The notes: generated by a model not told the origin, from the letters alone. A DNA stretch of 64,000 nt from an uncultured virus (IMG/VR IMGVR_UViG_3300005201_000009) (IMGVR_UViG_3300005201_000009); one strand, 5' to 3'; counted from the stretch's first letter, positions 1 to 10,137 are shown. A program made the numbers and translations.

Positions 1-16
1 CACGATTACGCTCCAG

Positions 17-979
17 GTGAAAAGGGACCCGTCATCCGCCAGTACCCAGGGCCGTTTGAGGGCATGGGGCAGCTACGGCGATGGCACAACATGGTCAGGC
101 GCAGGCAGTTTTGGGAATGGTACTGGTGCAGGCGAAAAACTGCTTAGCAATGCTGGTATGACTACCATCCCGGCCGAATGGGATGATGTGACGATCACTC
201 TTAATCAGGCTCCATATACGGAACAGGCTAACCTAAAAGGCGTTATTACGCTGGCGATTGGATATGCCCCCGATGGCGGCCAAAACGACAACCGCAGCTA
301 TTACGTCAGGAACATCGTACTTTCCGGTGCGACTAAGACAGCCAGCGCTTTCCACCCTGGAAATACCTCCCCCTTTGCAGCAGACCTTAGTGAGGCCTAC
401 AAGTCCGGGGACGGCGGAACCAGTTATACTACTACGCGCGAAATTGTGGATTCTGACGAACCACCACCTGAGGATACACGTGACGAAGCGCCTCCGGCTG
501 CCAGTGCACCGTTTGTGGTGGATCTGTCCAGCCAAACCGTGAAAAATGATACGGCGTGGAGTGGTACGTACAATGCTTCTCTTACCTTTGACTTGGTAGA
601 TAGTACAGGAGCAACCATTGATACTTCCGTTGCGACGTATAGCTCAATCACCGTTATCGCCAAGTACTACGAGGCAAACGGGACTACTGAATTGGCGGGC
701 GCTCCTCCTAACAGTAACTTTGATTACCGGTTTAGAAAAACTGGGACGGCTGTCGGAGGCGATAAGTATAACTTTGGCGCGGGCGGCAGTGCTAACTCAG
801 AACCTGAGGGCGGTATTGTATGGACAGAGGCAATAGCTAAAGACAACCCAGCATTCAAACCTGGCGCCAACTACGACTTCAATGAGCTTAACATCCGGAT
901 AAGCGGTAAAGACCAAGGCGGCGTAGGCGCGGTCTTCGCCGAATGGATTGAAGTGCTGTCTATCACCTTGAATCCTTAG
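17..979 (+). CDS. Host extracellular/lipoprotein-like protein, possibly with carbohydrate-binding beta-sandwich domains; probably 5'-incomplete at the window edge
   Basis: 320-aa G/T/S-rich ORF with an acidic Pro-rich linker (DSDEPPPEDTRDEAPP), ending 'IEVLSITLNP' and followed by hairpins and a terminator. Confidence 0.5.
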   Translation: MKRDPSSASTQGRLRAWGSYGDGTTWSGAGSFGNGTGAGEKLLSNAGMTTIPAEWDDVTITLNQAPYTEQANLKGVITLAIGYAPDGGQNDNRSYYVRNIVLSGATKTASAFHPGNTSPFAADLSEAYKSGDGGTSYTTTREIVDSDEPPPEDTRDEAPPAASAPFVVDLSSQTVKNDTAWSGTYNASLTFDLVDSTGATIDTSVATYSSITVIAKYYEANGTTELAGAPPNSNFDYRFRKTGTAVGGDKYNFGAGGSANSEPEGGIVWTEAIAKDNPAFKPGANYDFNELNIRISGKDQGGVGAVFAEWIEVLSITLNP

Positions 980-988
980 AGCAACAGC

Positions 989-1020
989 CATATATCTGCC
1001 GTTTTAACGGCAGATATATG
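989..1020. repeat. Perfect palindromic hairpin (REP-like)
   Basis: CATATATCTGCCGTT-TT-AACGGCAGATATATG, 15-bp arms. Confidence 0.7.
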
Positions 1021-1060
1021 TGCGTCGGGCGCGTAAGCGCCTGGCGTTACAGCAATTAGG

Positions 1061-1092
1061 AAGCGCCGCTCCTCCGGGGGCGGCGCTTTTTG
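1061..1092 (+). terminator. Rho-independent terminator
   Basis: AAGCGCCGCTCC-TCCG-GGGGCGGCGCTT followed by a T run. Confidence 0.75.
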
Positions 1093-1216
1093 TGCGTCCG
1101 GCAGGATAAAGACAAATTTTTCCTCTTGGGGCGTTTAACATAGACAAAGGCCGGGAAAACCTTGCTACCGACGGTCTTGAACATGCTGGACGGTGATCGC
1201 CGGCTCCGAATATTAC

Positions 1217-1546
1217 TTACATCGTCTCAATAGTTTCAAATGAAAGCCCGGTTACAGCGCAGATCTTCTCAATAGAGTCGCCCATCTCCTTCATCTTGCG
1301 GGCAATCTCAAGTGCCTTTTCGGATTGGCCCTCTGCCAAGCCCTTGGCACGGGCCTCGTCTTTGAGATCGTCTATCATCTGGTTGTAGTCCATTTCGTAT
1401 TTAATTCGGATCATCCGCTTTATTGCTCTTGCATGATCGCGGCTTATTCCATTCTTTACTGCGCGTTCCGCCCACATAATACCTTCCTCCTTCTGACAGA
1501 GCTGCTTGATCAGCACCGACACTTGTTCCTCATGCCGGTATTTCAT
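1217..1546 (-). pseudogene. C-terminal fragment of an Rpn/PD-(D/E)XK 'transposase_31'-type protein
   Basis: Typical C-terminus 'ARAKGLAEGQSEKALEIARKMKEMGDSIEKICAVTGLSFETI'; the nuclease domain is absent. Confidence 0.65.
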
Positions 1547-1621
1547 ATGTGTCGAAAACCTCCATCTAATTCCTTATCCCACAACGAATTAGCTCATTTT
1601 GGGCTAACGATTTGAGCCAAA

Positions 1622-1670
1622 AGCGGCGCTGGAGTAGGCGTTGGAGAGGGTCCGAATCCCTTAGCCGCTA
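1622..1670 (+). ncRNA. Mini tRNA-like element (acceptor stem plus T-arm, no anticodon arm)
   Basis: AGCGGC...GAGGG-TCCGAAT-CCCTT-A-GCCGCT-A. Confidence 0.35.
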
Positions 1671-1785
1671 GACCCGCGGGAGGTCGCCGTGAAAGGCAAG
1701 AACGTTGAAGGGATGCGCTAAGGGGGGACACAGCGCGGGCGCAAGCGCTCCCCCCTACCCTTTATTTTATTCAAGGAGGAATCAA

Positions 1786-1932
1786 ATGGCAAAATTGACG
1801 GACGCGATTCGTAAGCGTGTGGCGGTGATGGCAGTTAAAGATTTGTTTGAGGTAACGGCGCTTGTGCCTATAGAGCAAGTCTATAAGGTAAGAGCGTTAT
1901 TCGAAAAAAGAAAGGAGGAAACCAATGGCTAA
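1786..1932 (+). CDS. Small phage hypothetical protein
   Basis: AGGAGG RBS; MAKLTDAIRK...; overlaps the next start. Confidence 0.6.
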   Translation: MAKLTDAIRKRVAVMAVKDLFEVTALVPIEQVYKVRALFEKRKEETNG

Positions 1933-2902
1933 AGCAAAAGAAGTAGCGGCATATGAAGTGCCTGCGCTGGTCATTACGCCGGATCAGCCGGTAGAGGTGA
2001 CGGGAAACTACGCCGCAATCGAGAAGACGCTCCAACAGTGGAAATCCAGCGTCTCAAAAATGGATCTCACCGAAGATAATTTAGATCAGGTAACAGCGGT
2101 GAAAAAAGCCGCCGTGGCAGTGAGAAATAATCTTGACCGCGTGGTCGCTGCGACGAAGAAAGCGCTGTTTAACGATCCTAAAGCAATTTTCGAGGCACGC
2201 GTTAAAACGCTGTACAGTCTTGTGGCAGATGTAGAAGGCTCTGCGGACGCGGTTTTAGGCGAGCTGGAAAAGAACCGACTCAAAGAAGTCAACGAGGTTC
2301 TTGATCATTACAAAGCCGAGGCGCAGAAGCAGTACGCGCTTGAGGAATCGTATCTGGCACAGGTCGAGTATCCGAAAGATTTTTACAACAAGACTGTCCC
2401 GAAGGGCTATTCCAGCATGGACAAGTACTGGAAAGAAAGCCTTGACGCACGGTTCAAGGAGCTGAAAAAGGAACAGGACGCGCACGCTGCGGCGGTTCGG
2501 TTGGTTGAGGCATCGTGCGAAGGCGAGAAACGGTTGAATGTTCAGCATTGGGTTGGCCAGCTTAGATATGACGACGTGGCGACTGTCGTTGAAAGCATAA
2601 AGGCTGAAAAAGATCGGCTGCGCCGGCTTGACGAGGAACAAACGACAGCCGGGACAACTTCGACTAGCGAGGTGGTTGAGGCAGAGGTCGTCGATGCAGC
2701 CGAGCACGCGACGGAAGAAACGAGCAAGGTTATTCTCGGCATTCCGGTAACGCTCAATTTCAACACGGACTTCCCCGGCCGCACATCATCAAAAAAACTG
2801 GAGATTATCTATCCATGCGATCTCGGCGACACACTGACCGAGCTGTTTAAGCTGCTCAAGCCTTACGGCATAAAAGTAAAGACTTTGGAGGCGGTATTTT
2901 GA
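1925..2902 (+). CDS. DUF1351-like helical phage recombination-module protein
   Basis: 325-aa coiled-coil pattern 'LTEDNLDQV..KKAAVAVRN..D...KK....P...FE..VK.L'; strong RBS. Confidence 0.55.
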   Translation: MAKAKEVAAYEVPALVITPDQPVEVTGNYAAIEKTLQQWKSSVSKMDLTEDNLDQVTAVKKAAVAVRNNLDRVVAATKKALFNDPKAIFEARVKTLYSLVADVEGSADAVLGELEKNRLKEVNEVLDHYKAEAQKQYALEESYLAQVEYPKDFYNKTVPKGYSSMDKYWKESLDARFKELKKEQDAHAAAVRLVEASCEGEKRLNVQHWVGQLRYDDVATVVESIKAEKDRLRRLDEEQTTAGTTSTSEVVEAEVVDAAEHATEETSKVILGIPVTLNFNTDFPGRTSSKKLEIIYPCDLGDTLTELFKLLKPYGIKVKTLEAVF

Positions 2903-3068
2903 GGTATTACATCATTAAGAGTGGTGAACCGGTGTTTGCGTATGAAGTTTACGTTAACTTTTCAGACACAGATGAAAAGCATCAGGAGCCTGATCGAAAA
3001 CTTGCGGTCTTTGCCAGCCGCGAAGACGCGACGAAGTTCATGCTGATTAAAAACAGGGAGGTGCAAAA

Positions 3069-3407
3069 TTGTTAGTGCTATTAATTTTATCGGCAATCAT
3101 AGGATTGGTTGCGTTCGGTTTTTCAGGTATCGGCGTTCTTGGGATTGCCGTAGGTGCTGTCGTTTTTGTGCTCGGGTTGCCGGGCGCGTTAATCGGTGGG
3201 TTTATTCACGGCGAGGTGTCGTACGCGCAGGACGCTGCCGATTACCGGCAAATATGTGCCGACATAGCGGCGTACGAAAGAGCGGAAGAACATGAGTACG
3301 CCGAGGACTTTCGCAGCGAGCGCCTGACAGACGCGCTCACCGACAGTCCGAGGCAGGTTTATGTCGACAATCGCAAGCAGCAGGTATTTTTGCAAGGGGG
3401 CAAATGA
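3069..3407 (+). CDS. Hypothetical membrane protein
   Basis: Two hydrophobic N-terminal helices; in operon. Confidence 0.6.
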   Translation: MLVLLILSAIIGLVAFGFSGIGVLGIAVGAVVFVLGLPGALIGGFIHGEVSYAQDAADYRQICADIAAYERAEEHEYAEDFRSERLTDALTDSPRQVYVDNRKQQVFLQGGK

Positions 3408-3589
3408 TGGGCATTGAGAAACAAATTACCGAGGTGTATTTCGAGCGCGTGTTCAATCTTGGAAATTACGAAACGTTTCGGCTGGGATTGAAAGCGACCG
3501 TTGGGCCGAAAGATCCGGTGGAAGACACCATAGTGCGTCTCGACGAGCTTACCGTGAAGATGCGCAACCGTAAGGCTGCGGAAAAATAA
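3404..3589 (+). CDS. Small phage hypothetical protein
   Basis: 'RVFNLGNYETFRL' motif common in phage replication modules. Confidence 0.6.
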   Translation: MMGIEKQITEVYFERVFNLGNYETFRLGLKATVGPKDPVEDTIVRLDELTVKMRNRKAAEK

Positions 3590-3605
3590 GTGTAAGGAGA
3601 AACAA

Positions 3606-3881
3606 ATGGAAGAGACATTGAGAGCGAATTTGGGAAAGCTGGCGAAAGATAAAGTAACCGGCTACGAGGGCGTCATTACCGCGTACTGCGTCAGTTTGTA
3701 CGGGTGTAACCAGTACATGTTAACCGCAAAAGTCAGGAAAGAAAACAAACGCGAAGACAGCGGCAACGGCTGGTACGACGAAGGGCGCATTGAAATTGTC
3801 GGGCCGGGTGTGAAACCAAAGAGCGTGCGCGCGGCAAAGCCGGGCGGCGAGAATTTACCCGCGCCGGGAAGCAGGAACTAA
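3606..3881 (+). CDS. Phage hypothetical protein
   Basis: 'LG..AKDKVTGYEGVITA....LYGC......WYDEGR' pattern; RBS. Confidence 0.7.
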   Translation: MEETLRANLGKLAKDKVTGYEGVITAYCVSLYGCNQYMLTAKVRKENKREDSGNGWYDEGRIEIVGPGVKPKSVRAAKPGGENLPAPGSRN

Positions 3882-3918
3882 CCGCCAGAGCGGAAAATCA
3901 ATATTTAAGGAGAAGACT

Positions 3919-4842
3919 ATGGCTAAAACAGCTACGAAAACAGACACGGTTCCCGGCAAAGCGAAACCCGCCGGGAAGAAAACATTGACGACGACGGGCG
4001 GCCTTGACGACCTGTCGGCGTTGGTCGCAACGACCAAGGAGCTTGAGGACACCGAGCGTGCCAAGACTGGCAGCACCAACAGCTTCATCACGTTGGTAAA
4101 GCCTAACGGGCAGGTGTTGGATAAAAACAACCCTGCGTATATGAAAGACGTAAAGCCGTTCGATTATGTCATTGCATCAAAGAAACTGAAAATCAGCGAC
4201 AAAAAGCAGTGTGTCGATGCCACCATTCTCGGCATGTTTAAGGTTTACGCCGAGAAGGCGAAAAAAGAACGGGAAAACGAAATGGCGAAGACAGTACAAT
4301 TTTGGGCTCCCGATGACGCGGTACAGTACGAACTTTCTGAGGGCAGTCAATTCGAGCGGCAGCTCCCCAACGGCAACGTCCTTATCCCGGTTCACTGGGT
4401 CTTTTTGTACCTACACAATCACCCTAATGTCGAAGGCGCGCTACTGCCGTTTCAGAGCAAGGGCAACGCAATCTATCGTGATCTCGAAAAGTTGGTCAAG
4501 GCCGAGTCAAGCGTTTGCACGCAGCTCCGGGTTTCGGTATCCAATCAGGGTATATACAACGAAAAATTCAAAAAGACCGACTACTACCCTGCGTTCGAGA
4601 TTGTCGGCAAGAATTACGAGATTACCGATGACGGCAAGGTGCGCAAGGCGAAAGACAGCAATCTCGATGCCGAGACGTTGAAGGAAATCCTTGTACGTTC
4701 CAAAGAGCTGTACGAAAGTTACGCGCAGCACAAGATGGTCGCCAAGCACGCCGCGTTGCCTGCGCCGGAAGGCCGTCCCGCACTTACCGCCGGAAAAGCG
4801 GCATATGGTAACGGCGACGACGACGAGAGCGTTAGTTTTTAG
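3919..4842 (+). CDS. Putative single-stranded DNA-binding protein
   Basis: Upstream of the primase; acidic C-terminal tail ending in Phe (DDDESVSF), as in phage SSBs. Confidence 0.45.
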   Translation: MAKTATKTDTVPGKAKPAGKKTLTTTGGLDDLSALVATTKELEDTERAKTGSTNSFITLVKPNGQVLDKNNPAYMKDVKPFDYVIASKKLKISDKKQCVDATILGMFKVYAEKAKKERENEMAKTVQFWAPDDAVQYELSEGSQFERQLPNGNVLIPVHWVFLYLHNHPNVEGALLPFQSKGNAIYRDLEKLVKAESSVCTQLRVSVSNQGIYNEKFKKTDYYPAFEIVGKNYEITDDGKVRKAKDSNLDAETLKEILVRSKELYESYAQHKMVAKHAALPAPEGRPALTAGKAAYGNGDDDESVSF

Positions 4843-4850
4843 ATAGCACT

Positions 4851-4889
4851 GCTGGCGAGGTTTTGACTCCCGTTCCCCCGCCAGTTTTT
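4851..4889 (+). terminator. Terminator-like hairpin
   Basis: CTGGCGAGG...CCCCGCCAG followed by TTTTT. Confidence 0.45.
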
Positions 4890-5129
4890 ACCTGCCGGCA
4901 TACCAGGGTGCTTTGTATGCCAATTTTTAGGAGGTGTCTGTTGTGGGTAAGGTTAAGATTGTTCCCAATAGCAAACTTAAAGAGTTATTTCCGATGATGG
5001 AAGATGTTGCCAAAGTAATGCGTAAGTACGGGTATAAGCACAGGAAGTTCGGCGGCAATGTAGTCGGCGGTATCTATGCACCGGGCTGCAGTAGCTTGAC
5101 GATAACGGTAGACTTACCGCGCGAAGTGG

Positions 5130-5321
5130 TTACAGGGGTTTCTGCTGTGGCCGCTTTCGAGTATCGAAGATGACATCTATTTTTTCTTTTCTGATTTTAG
5201 CGATTTCATCGGCAAAACTACAGAAATTGGCGTGGTTGGGCATGTTTTCCGCTATAGCGCGGGCTAGGTTTCTGAGGCGCGTTTCGACATCGGATAGCGC
5301 AGGTTGTTTTTTAGTAGGCAT
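5130..5321 (-). CDS. Small antisense-oriented hypothetical protein
   Basis: 63-aa charged helical ORF, more protein-like than the overlapping + ORF. Confidence 0.35.
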   Translation of the reverse strand: MPTKKQPALSDVETRLRNLARAIAENMPNHANFCSFADEIAKIRKEKIDVIFDTRKRPQQKPL

Positions 5322-5364
5322 GTTTTTATTTCGGCACGTTTGTCGTGAAAATTGAGGGGTTGTT

Positions 5365-5871
5365 ATGGCGAATTATTTCTTAATCAAGTTCGAAAACACG
5401 GTTTACGCAAACAGAGGTTTGTACGTAGACGTTATCGCGAAAGGGAACAGGGCGCTTCAACGGGATATTGCCCGCAAGCTGGTCGTCATTAAGCCGTTGT
5501 TTGATCAACTGTTCTACTCCGTTACGCCGGAACAGCAGAAGATATGCGAAAAACACAGCCCGGTTTTTCAAGACTTAGATAGTGTGATACGGCACTTTAA
5601 CATTGTGTCGAAAGACACTTTGCGAACCATTAAAGAACGTATATCAGAGGCTTTCTATAATGCGTGCGTAGTAACTATAGACGGTAAAATCGCGACATGC
5701 TTTAAATACCGGCATCTAACCTTTTTCAAGGTTCGCAGCTACTGCGACACCGTCACGTACGGCATGCTGCGCAAGATGGCCTGCATAAAGGTGTGCGGGT
5801 TGCTATACGTGGCGCTTAACGCCGTAGATGTACGGGTAGAATCGCCTATTATCGCAACGCTTAAAGACTAG
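5365..5871 (+). CDS. Hypothetical protein
   Basis: 168-aa ORF with GAGGG RBS. Confidence 0.6.
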   Translation: MANYFLIKFENTVYANRGLYVDVIAKGNRALQRDIARKLVVIKPLFDQLFYSVTPEQQKICEKHSPVFQDLDSVIRHFNIVSKDTLRTIKERISEAFYNACVVTIDGKIATCFKYRHLTFFKVRSYCDTVTYGMLRKMACIKVCGLLYVALNAVDVRVESPIIATLKD

Positions 5872-5884
5872 CCGGAGGCCGTCG

Positions 5885-7651
5885 ATGACAGGGGAGGCAG
5901 CCTTAAAAGCGTTCTACGGTATATTTCGCGGCAATGAGCTTTTCTTTGTAAAGCATCAAAAGCCTTTTACTGAGAAGGAAGGCAAGCTCAAGGCTAGGTG
6001 GTGCGGCTTTGCGGTATATAACCGGCACACGCCGCCCCCGGAAGATAAGGCGCAGGGGGACTTGATCCCGGTAACGCTTGATCATTACCGCGAGCATTTG
6101 AACGGCAACGACGGTCTGGCGATTTCGCCGCTGACCAATGTCGAAGATTCCGGCGGCAATATTGTCAAGCGCAACGTGTGTTATTTTGCGGCCATCGATA
6201 TTGACGTGTACGGCGTCAATTTTACCACGCTGGTACAGCGGCTGTACAAGTACGGGTTTCAGTTTATGGCCGCACTGTCAAAGTCGGGCGGGCTGCATTT
6301 GTATTTCTTTTTTCGTGAAGCGGAACCGGCAGACAAGGTTATCGCGGCGCTGTCGAAAATTGTGGAGGTTTTCGGTTTGAACCGTTTGTATGTCAGTGAC
6401 AAGCAAAAGAGCAAGGTCGAAATATTTCCCAAGCAGGCGTCGTTTATACCCGGCGACCGCAACGCGAACTGTCTTTTTCTGCCCTTTTACAATTCTGCCG
6501 GGGCATCGCCGAATAAAATGCTCGCCCCTGACGGCAACTTGTTTGGCATTATTAAAGCGTTGCCGGTAATAGAGAGCAACTTTACCACGGTTAAAGATAT
6601 TAATGAAATTATAGCCAAGCTGCCGTACAGCGACGCGCCTTTTTGCGTGCAGATGCTGGCGCTGACGGGGGCGCTTACAGAAGGCGCGGGAAGAAGCAAT
6701 TACTTGTTTGCCGCCGGTGTCTACTTAAAAAAGAAGTGCGGCGACAATTTTTACGATTTGCTGGCCGAAATGAACGAGTGCTGCGAAAGCCCTTTGGAAC
6801 AGGAGGATGTTGAGTTTACCTATAAATCTGTTACCGACAAAGAGAAAAATTGGGACGGCTACGGTTGTAAAAAATCACCGTGCGCGGACTATTGCGACAA
6901 GAAGCTGTGCAAGCAGCGCGAGTACGGCGTCGGGCGCGGCAAAGGCGGCCGCGATACCGGCGCGGACTGCTGGGGGCAGCTGGTAAAGTACAACACCGGC
7001 GAAGGCAAGGAGCCATACTACACGTGGGAAGTCTGTGTTGAGGAAGGTGGCGAGTTTAAGACGGTACAGATAGACAGCCACAAGGATTTGCTCAACCAGA
7101 TGGTTGTGCAGCAGTGCTGTCTGAGGGACCTTGACTGGATTCCGACCACCGTTAAAAGAGACAGCTGGGAGGCTATTGTTCGCCGATGCCTTGAGAACGT
7201 AAAGAAAGTGCAAGTTCCGCTGGCAGCGGACACAACAGAAACGGCGATGATTCGGGATTCGTTTTACAAGTTTCTGACGCACGCGCAGGTGCGGCGAGGC
7301 GGCCAGCCGTACGCGGTTAAAACCGGGCAGGTCTACCACGCGAACGGCGCGTACTATTTCGACACTAAGGGATTGTTGGATTTCCTGAAAGCGAACAGGC
7401 ACGTTATCGGCAAGTTTAACATTGGCAAATGGCTGGCAGACGAGCAGGGATGCGCGCAGGAAGCCGAGCTGGTTTACACGACGCCGAGGGGGGAGCAAAA
7501 AAGCATCCGGTGCTGGAAGAAAGACGAAACGCCCGAGCTTCTGGAAATGGGGTCGTTTTATGATGACGTGTATGAAGGGGACGCAGACTACATTAATAAC
7601 AACCCTTTAAAAAAAGAGGAAACAGGAGGGGACGATGATACTAAGTTCTGA
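5885..7651 (+). CDS. Archaeo-eukaryotic primase (AEP) family primase with PriCT-like/Cys-rich domain
   Basis: Motifs 'AAIDIDVY' (DxD) and 'SKSGGLHLY' (sxH); 'EGAGRSNYLF'; Cys cluster CKKSPCADYCDKKLC. Confidence 0.8.
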   Translation: MTGEAALKAFYGIFRGNELFFVKHQKPFTEKEGKLKARWCGFAVYNRHTPPPEDKAQGDLIPVTLDHYREHLNGNDGLAISPLTNVEDSGGNIVKRNVCYFAAIDIDVYGVNFTTLVQRLYKYGFQFMAALSKSGGLHLYFFFREAEPADKVIAALSKIVEVFGLNRLYVSDKQKSKVEIFPKQASFIPGDRNANCLFLPFYNSAGASPNKMLAPDGNLFGIIKALPVIESNFTTVKDINEIIAKLPYSDAPFCVQMLALTGALTEGAGRSNYLFAAGVYLKKKCGDNFYDLLAEMNECCESPLEQEDVEFTYKSVTDKEKNWDGYGCKKSPCADYCDKKLCKQREYGVGRGKGGRDTGADCWGQLVKYNTGEGKEPYYTWEVCVEEGGEFKTVQIDSHKDLLNQMVVQQCCLRDLDWIPTTVKRDSWEAIVRRCLENVKKVQVPLAADTTETAMIRDSFYKFLTHAQVRRGGQPYAVKTGQVYHANGAYYFDTKGLLDFLKANRHVIGKFNIGKWLADEQGCAQEAELVYTTPRGEQKSIRCWKKDETPELLEMGSFYDDVYEGDADYINNNPLKKEETGGDDDTKF

Positions 7652-8054
7652 ATATTTTCTGATACCGCGCACCGGTGAGCTGCCTATTGATCGCATTAAT
7701 AGGTGGTACGCAAATATAAACCGAAAGGCCGGGGATTATCGTGTAACGGTGTCGCTTGAGTCATTGGAATCGGGAAGGCAAAAAAAGGTCAGCGCTAAAG
7801 CGGAGCTTGCGCGGCTGGCGGTTGATGAGGTGCTTGATGGTAAAGACGTGTGGGAAAAGGATACGTACAGGTTCTGCTTCGTCTCAAGAAAATACTGGTG
7901 GCGCAACGAGGAGATACACGTGACCGACGGCGAGGCTCTTTTTCTGTTTCGTCGACTTGTGCTGGATGACAGCATATCAAAATCGCAGATGTACTACCTG
8001 CAAAACTTGCGCAAGCGTCTTGGCTCTGATTTTTTGAAGGGGGTTTTAGCATGA
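7635..8054 (+). CDS. Hypothetical protein
   Basis: 139-aa ORF coupled to the primase; RBS GGAGG. Confidence 0.6.
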   Translation: MILSSEYFLIPRTGELPIDRINRWYANINRKAGDYRVTVSLESLESGRQKKVSAKAELARLAVDEVLDGKDVWEKDTYRFCFVSRKYWWRNEEIHVTDGEALFLFRRLVLDDSISKSQMYYLQNLRKRLGSDFLKGVLA

Positions 8055-8206
8055 GCTGTGCAGATATTTGCCGCATGAGGCTGGAGAACGGGAACTGCCC
8101 GGACAAGGGCAAGCCGTGCAGCGAGATTAAGGAATGTTTGGTTTGCCACGCTTGCGATGATTATGAAGCGTGCAAGAAACGGGGGGATAGTAGTGGCGAA
8201 ACCTGA
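8051..8206 (+). CDS. Small Cys-rich protein
   Basis: MSCADICRMRLENGNCPDKGKPCSEIKECLVCHACDDYEACK; ATGA overlap with the previous ORF. Confidence 0.45.
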   Translation: MSCADICRMRLENGNCPDKGKPCSEIKECLVCHACDDYEACKKRGDSSGET

Positions 8207-9695
8207 AAATGTTGTTTTTAACACAAAAGACATAACGGTATATCTTGCGGCGGCCGGCTGCGGCAAGACAACCGCGCTGATGAACGAGATGACCGAGCTG
8301 CTTAAAACGTACCGCCCTGACGAAATAGCTTTTGTTACCTATACCAAAAAGGGCGTAAGGCACGGCAAGGATCGGGCTTTACGGGCTAACCCGCAGATGT
8401 CCGTGGAAGATTTAGCGCACTTTAAAACGCTGCACGCGCTGTGCTATCGGGAGCTCGGGTTAAAGAAAGAGTCGGAAATTAACAATCATAAAGTAAAACC
8501 GCTTAATGAGGCGTTCGGGTTTAAAATTACGCTAAACGAAGCGTTTGAAAACAGAACGGAAGACGATATGCTTCTTGAGCGTCACCACATGGCCCGCGCG
8601 GGATGCCCCGAGAGCATGCTCGCGAGCAACGCATATAATGTCGAGCGGTACAATCGGCTCATACCGGCGTATGAAGCGTTTAAGAAAAGGAACAATCTGG
8701 TTGACTTTACCGACTGTTTGTTATGGTTTAGGGAGACAGGAAAGCCGCTCGGCGTGAAGGTTGCTTTTATTGACGAGGCGCAAGATCTGACGCCGTTGCA
8801 ATGGGAAGTTTGTCAGATCGCGTTCGCACAGTGCGAAAAAATACGTATAGCCGGCGACGATTACCAGAGTCTGTTTACCTACTCAGGCGCGAGCCCGGCG
8901 ACGCTTATTGACCTGGCGCAGCGGTACAAGTGTATAAAACTCGAAAAGTCGCACCGCCTTCCCGTGTCGGTACACCAGCTCGCCAAAGGCATTACCAATC
9001 TTATAACACAAAAAATTGACAAGGGCTTTGAGCCGGTAACGGGGTGCGACGGTTTTGTGGAAAGCATCGCCGACAACGAGCTCTTGGCACATAAAATATT
9101 GCGGGATTTGACGAGCAACGGTAACCAGTCGAACCGGTGGTACGTGCTGTTTCGCAATAACTGTTTAATAAAAGATGTTGCAAAAATACTTGAGCGGTTG
9201 GTAATTCCGTATCATTACGCAACCAGTTTTTGCCTAGATGAGCGCAAGCTGAACGAAATACAGCGTTATTACAACTACCGCAAGAAGGGCTATGGCAGCG
9301 AAGACGCGTTCAAGAAGTTTTGCGAGAAGTACAACATAAAAGACATTAACGACGACTTTACCGAAAGCGAAATTGTTCCGTCCGAGCGGCGTCACGTGTA
9401 TTTTGACTATGTTCAGAAGTACGGCATCGAAGCGCTGGTCGATATGGTAGAAAAAGACCCTATTGTCTTGCTGACGACAACGCACAAGGTAAAAGGAGGC
9501 GAAGCGGACAATGTGGCTGTGCTTCTTGGATGCACGCGGAAGACGTATGAGAACCGGCAGGTAAATATGGATGACGAGCTGCGCGTGGTGTATGTGGCGT
9601 GCACGAGGGCGAAGCAGGGGCTGTACTTGGTCGCCGGCAGGGGCAGTTACGGGCTCGACATGCTGGTAGATCTGGCGAAAGAACAGGCGGCGTAA
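8157..9695 (+). CDS. UvrD/Rep-like SF1 DNA helicase (true start probably GTG at ~8193)
   Basis: Walker A AAGCGKT, 'TLHALC', Walker B IDEAQD, 'GDDYQSLF', 'TTHKVKGGEAD', 'YVACTRAK'. Confidence 0.92.
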   Translation: MIMKRARNGGIVVAKPENVVFNTKDITVYLAAAGCGKTTALMNEMTELLKTYRPDEIAFVTYTKKGVRHGKDRALRANPQMSVEDLAHFKTLHALCYRELGLKKESEINNHKVKPLNEAFGFKITLNEAFENRTEDDMLLERHHMARAGCPESMLASNAYNVERYNRLIPAYEAFKKRNNLVDFTDCLLWFRETGKPLGVKVAFIDEAQDLTPLQWEVCQIAFAQCEKIRIAGDDYQSLFTYSGASPATLIDLAQRYKCIKLEKSHRLPVSVHQLAKGITNLITQKIDKGFEPVTGCDGFVESIADNELLAHKILRDLTSNGNQSNRWYVLFRNNCLIKDVAKILERLVIPYHYATSFCLDERKLNEIQRYYNYRKKGYGSEDAFKKFCEKYNIKDINDDFTESEIVPSERRHVYFDYVQKYGIEALVDMVEKDPIVLLTTTHKVKGGEADNVAVLLGCTRKTYENRQVNMDDELRVVYVACTRAKQGLYLVAGRGSYGLDMLVDLAKEQAA

Positions 9696-9945
9696 GGGGG
9701 GGCTATGAGTACCGGAACAGCAATTTTTGTAGTGGGAATAATCGCTATCTTAGCGTATCTATCGGCAAGGCCGGATTATCCGCACGACTCAAAGTAATTT
9801 TTTGGGATTAAGGAGGGACTATGGAACTTACATTTTTTCTTTTAGGGGCTGCGTTTGGTGCGAACGTAATGCTCGTGGTCTGGAACATAACGAACGCAAT
9901 TACTACCAAGACTACGCTTAATTGGAAGCGCGGTAGGAGGAAACA

Positions 9946-10137
9946 ATGAACTTAGGAACAGTTGAAGATCTTGGATTAATGCAGAAAAGTATCGCCAAGC
10001 TAAAGGAAGCGGTGGATGTCTTACATGAGCACGGAATCGTTGTTCACAAAGTGACCGAAGTCAACACGCTGGCTGAAAACTTTTGCACTGCGACACTGGT
10101 TATCAATCTTGATTTCAGGAAGGAGTGCCGCGAATGA
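9946..10137 (+). CDS. Small hypothetical protein
   Basis: AGGAGG RBS; 63 aa. Confidence 0.55.
   Translation: MNLGTVEDLGLMQKSIAKLKEAVDVLHEHGIVVHKVTEVNTLAENFCTATLVINLDFRKECRE

Noticed and set aside
1622..1670. Functional tRNA gene
   Set aside because: No D-arm or anticodon arm and only 49 nt; kept as a tRNA-like element only.
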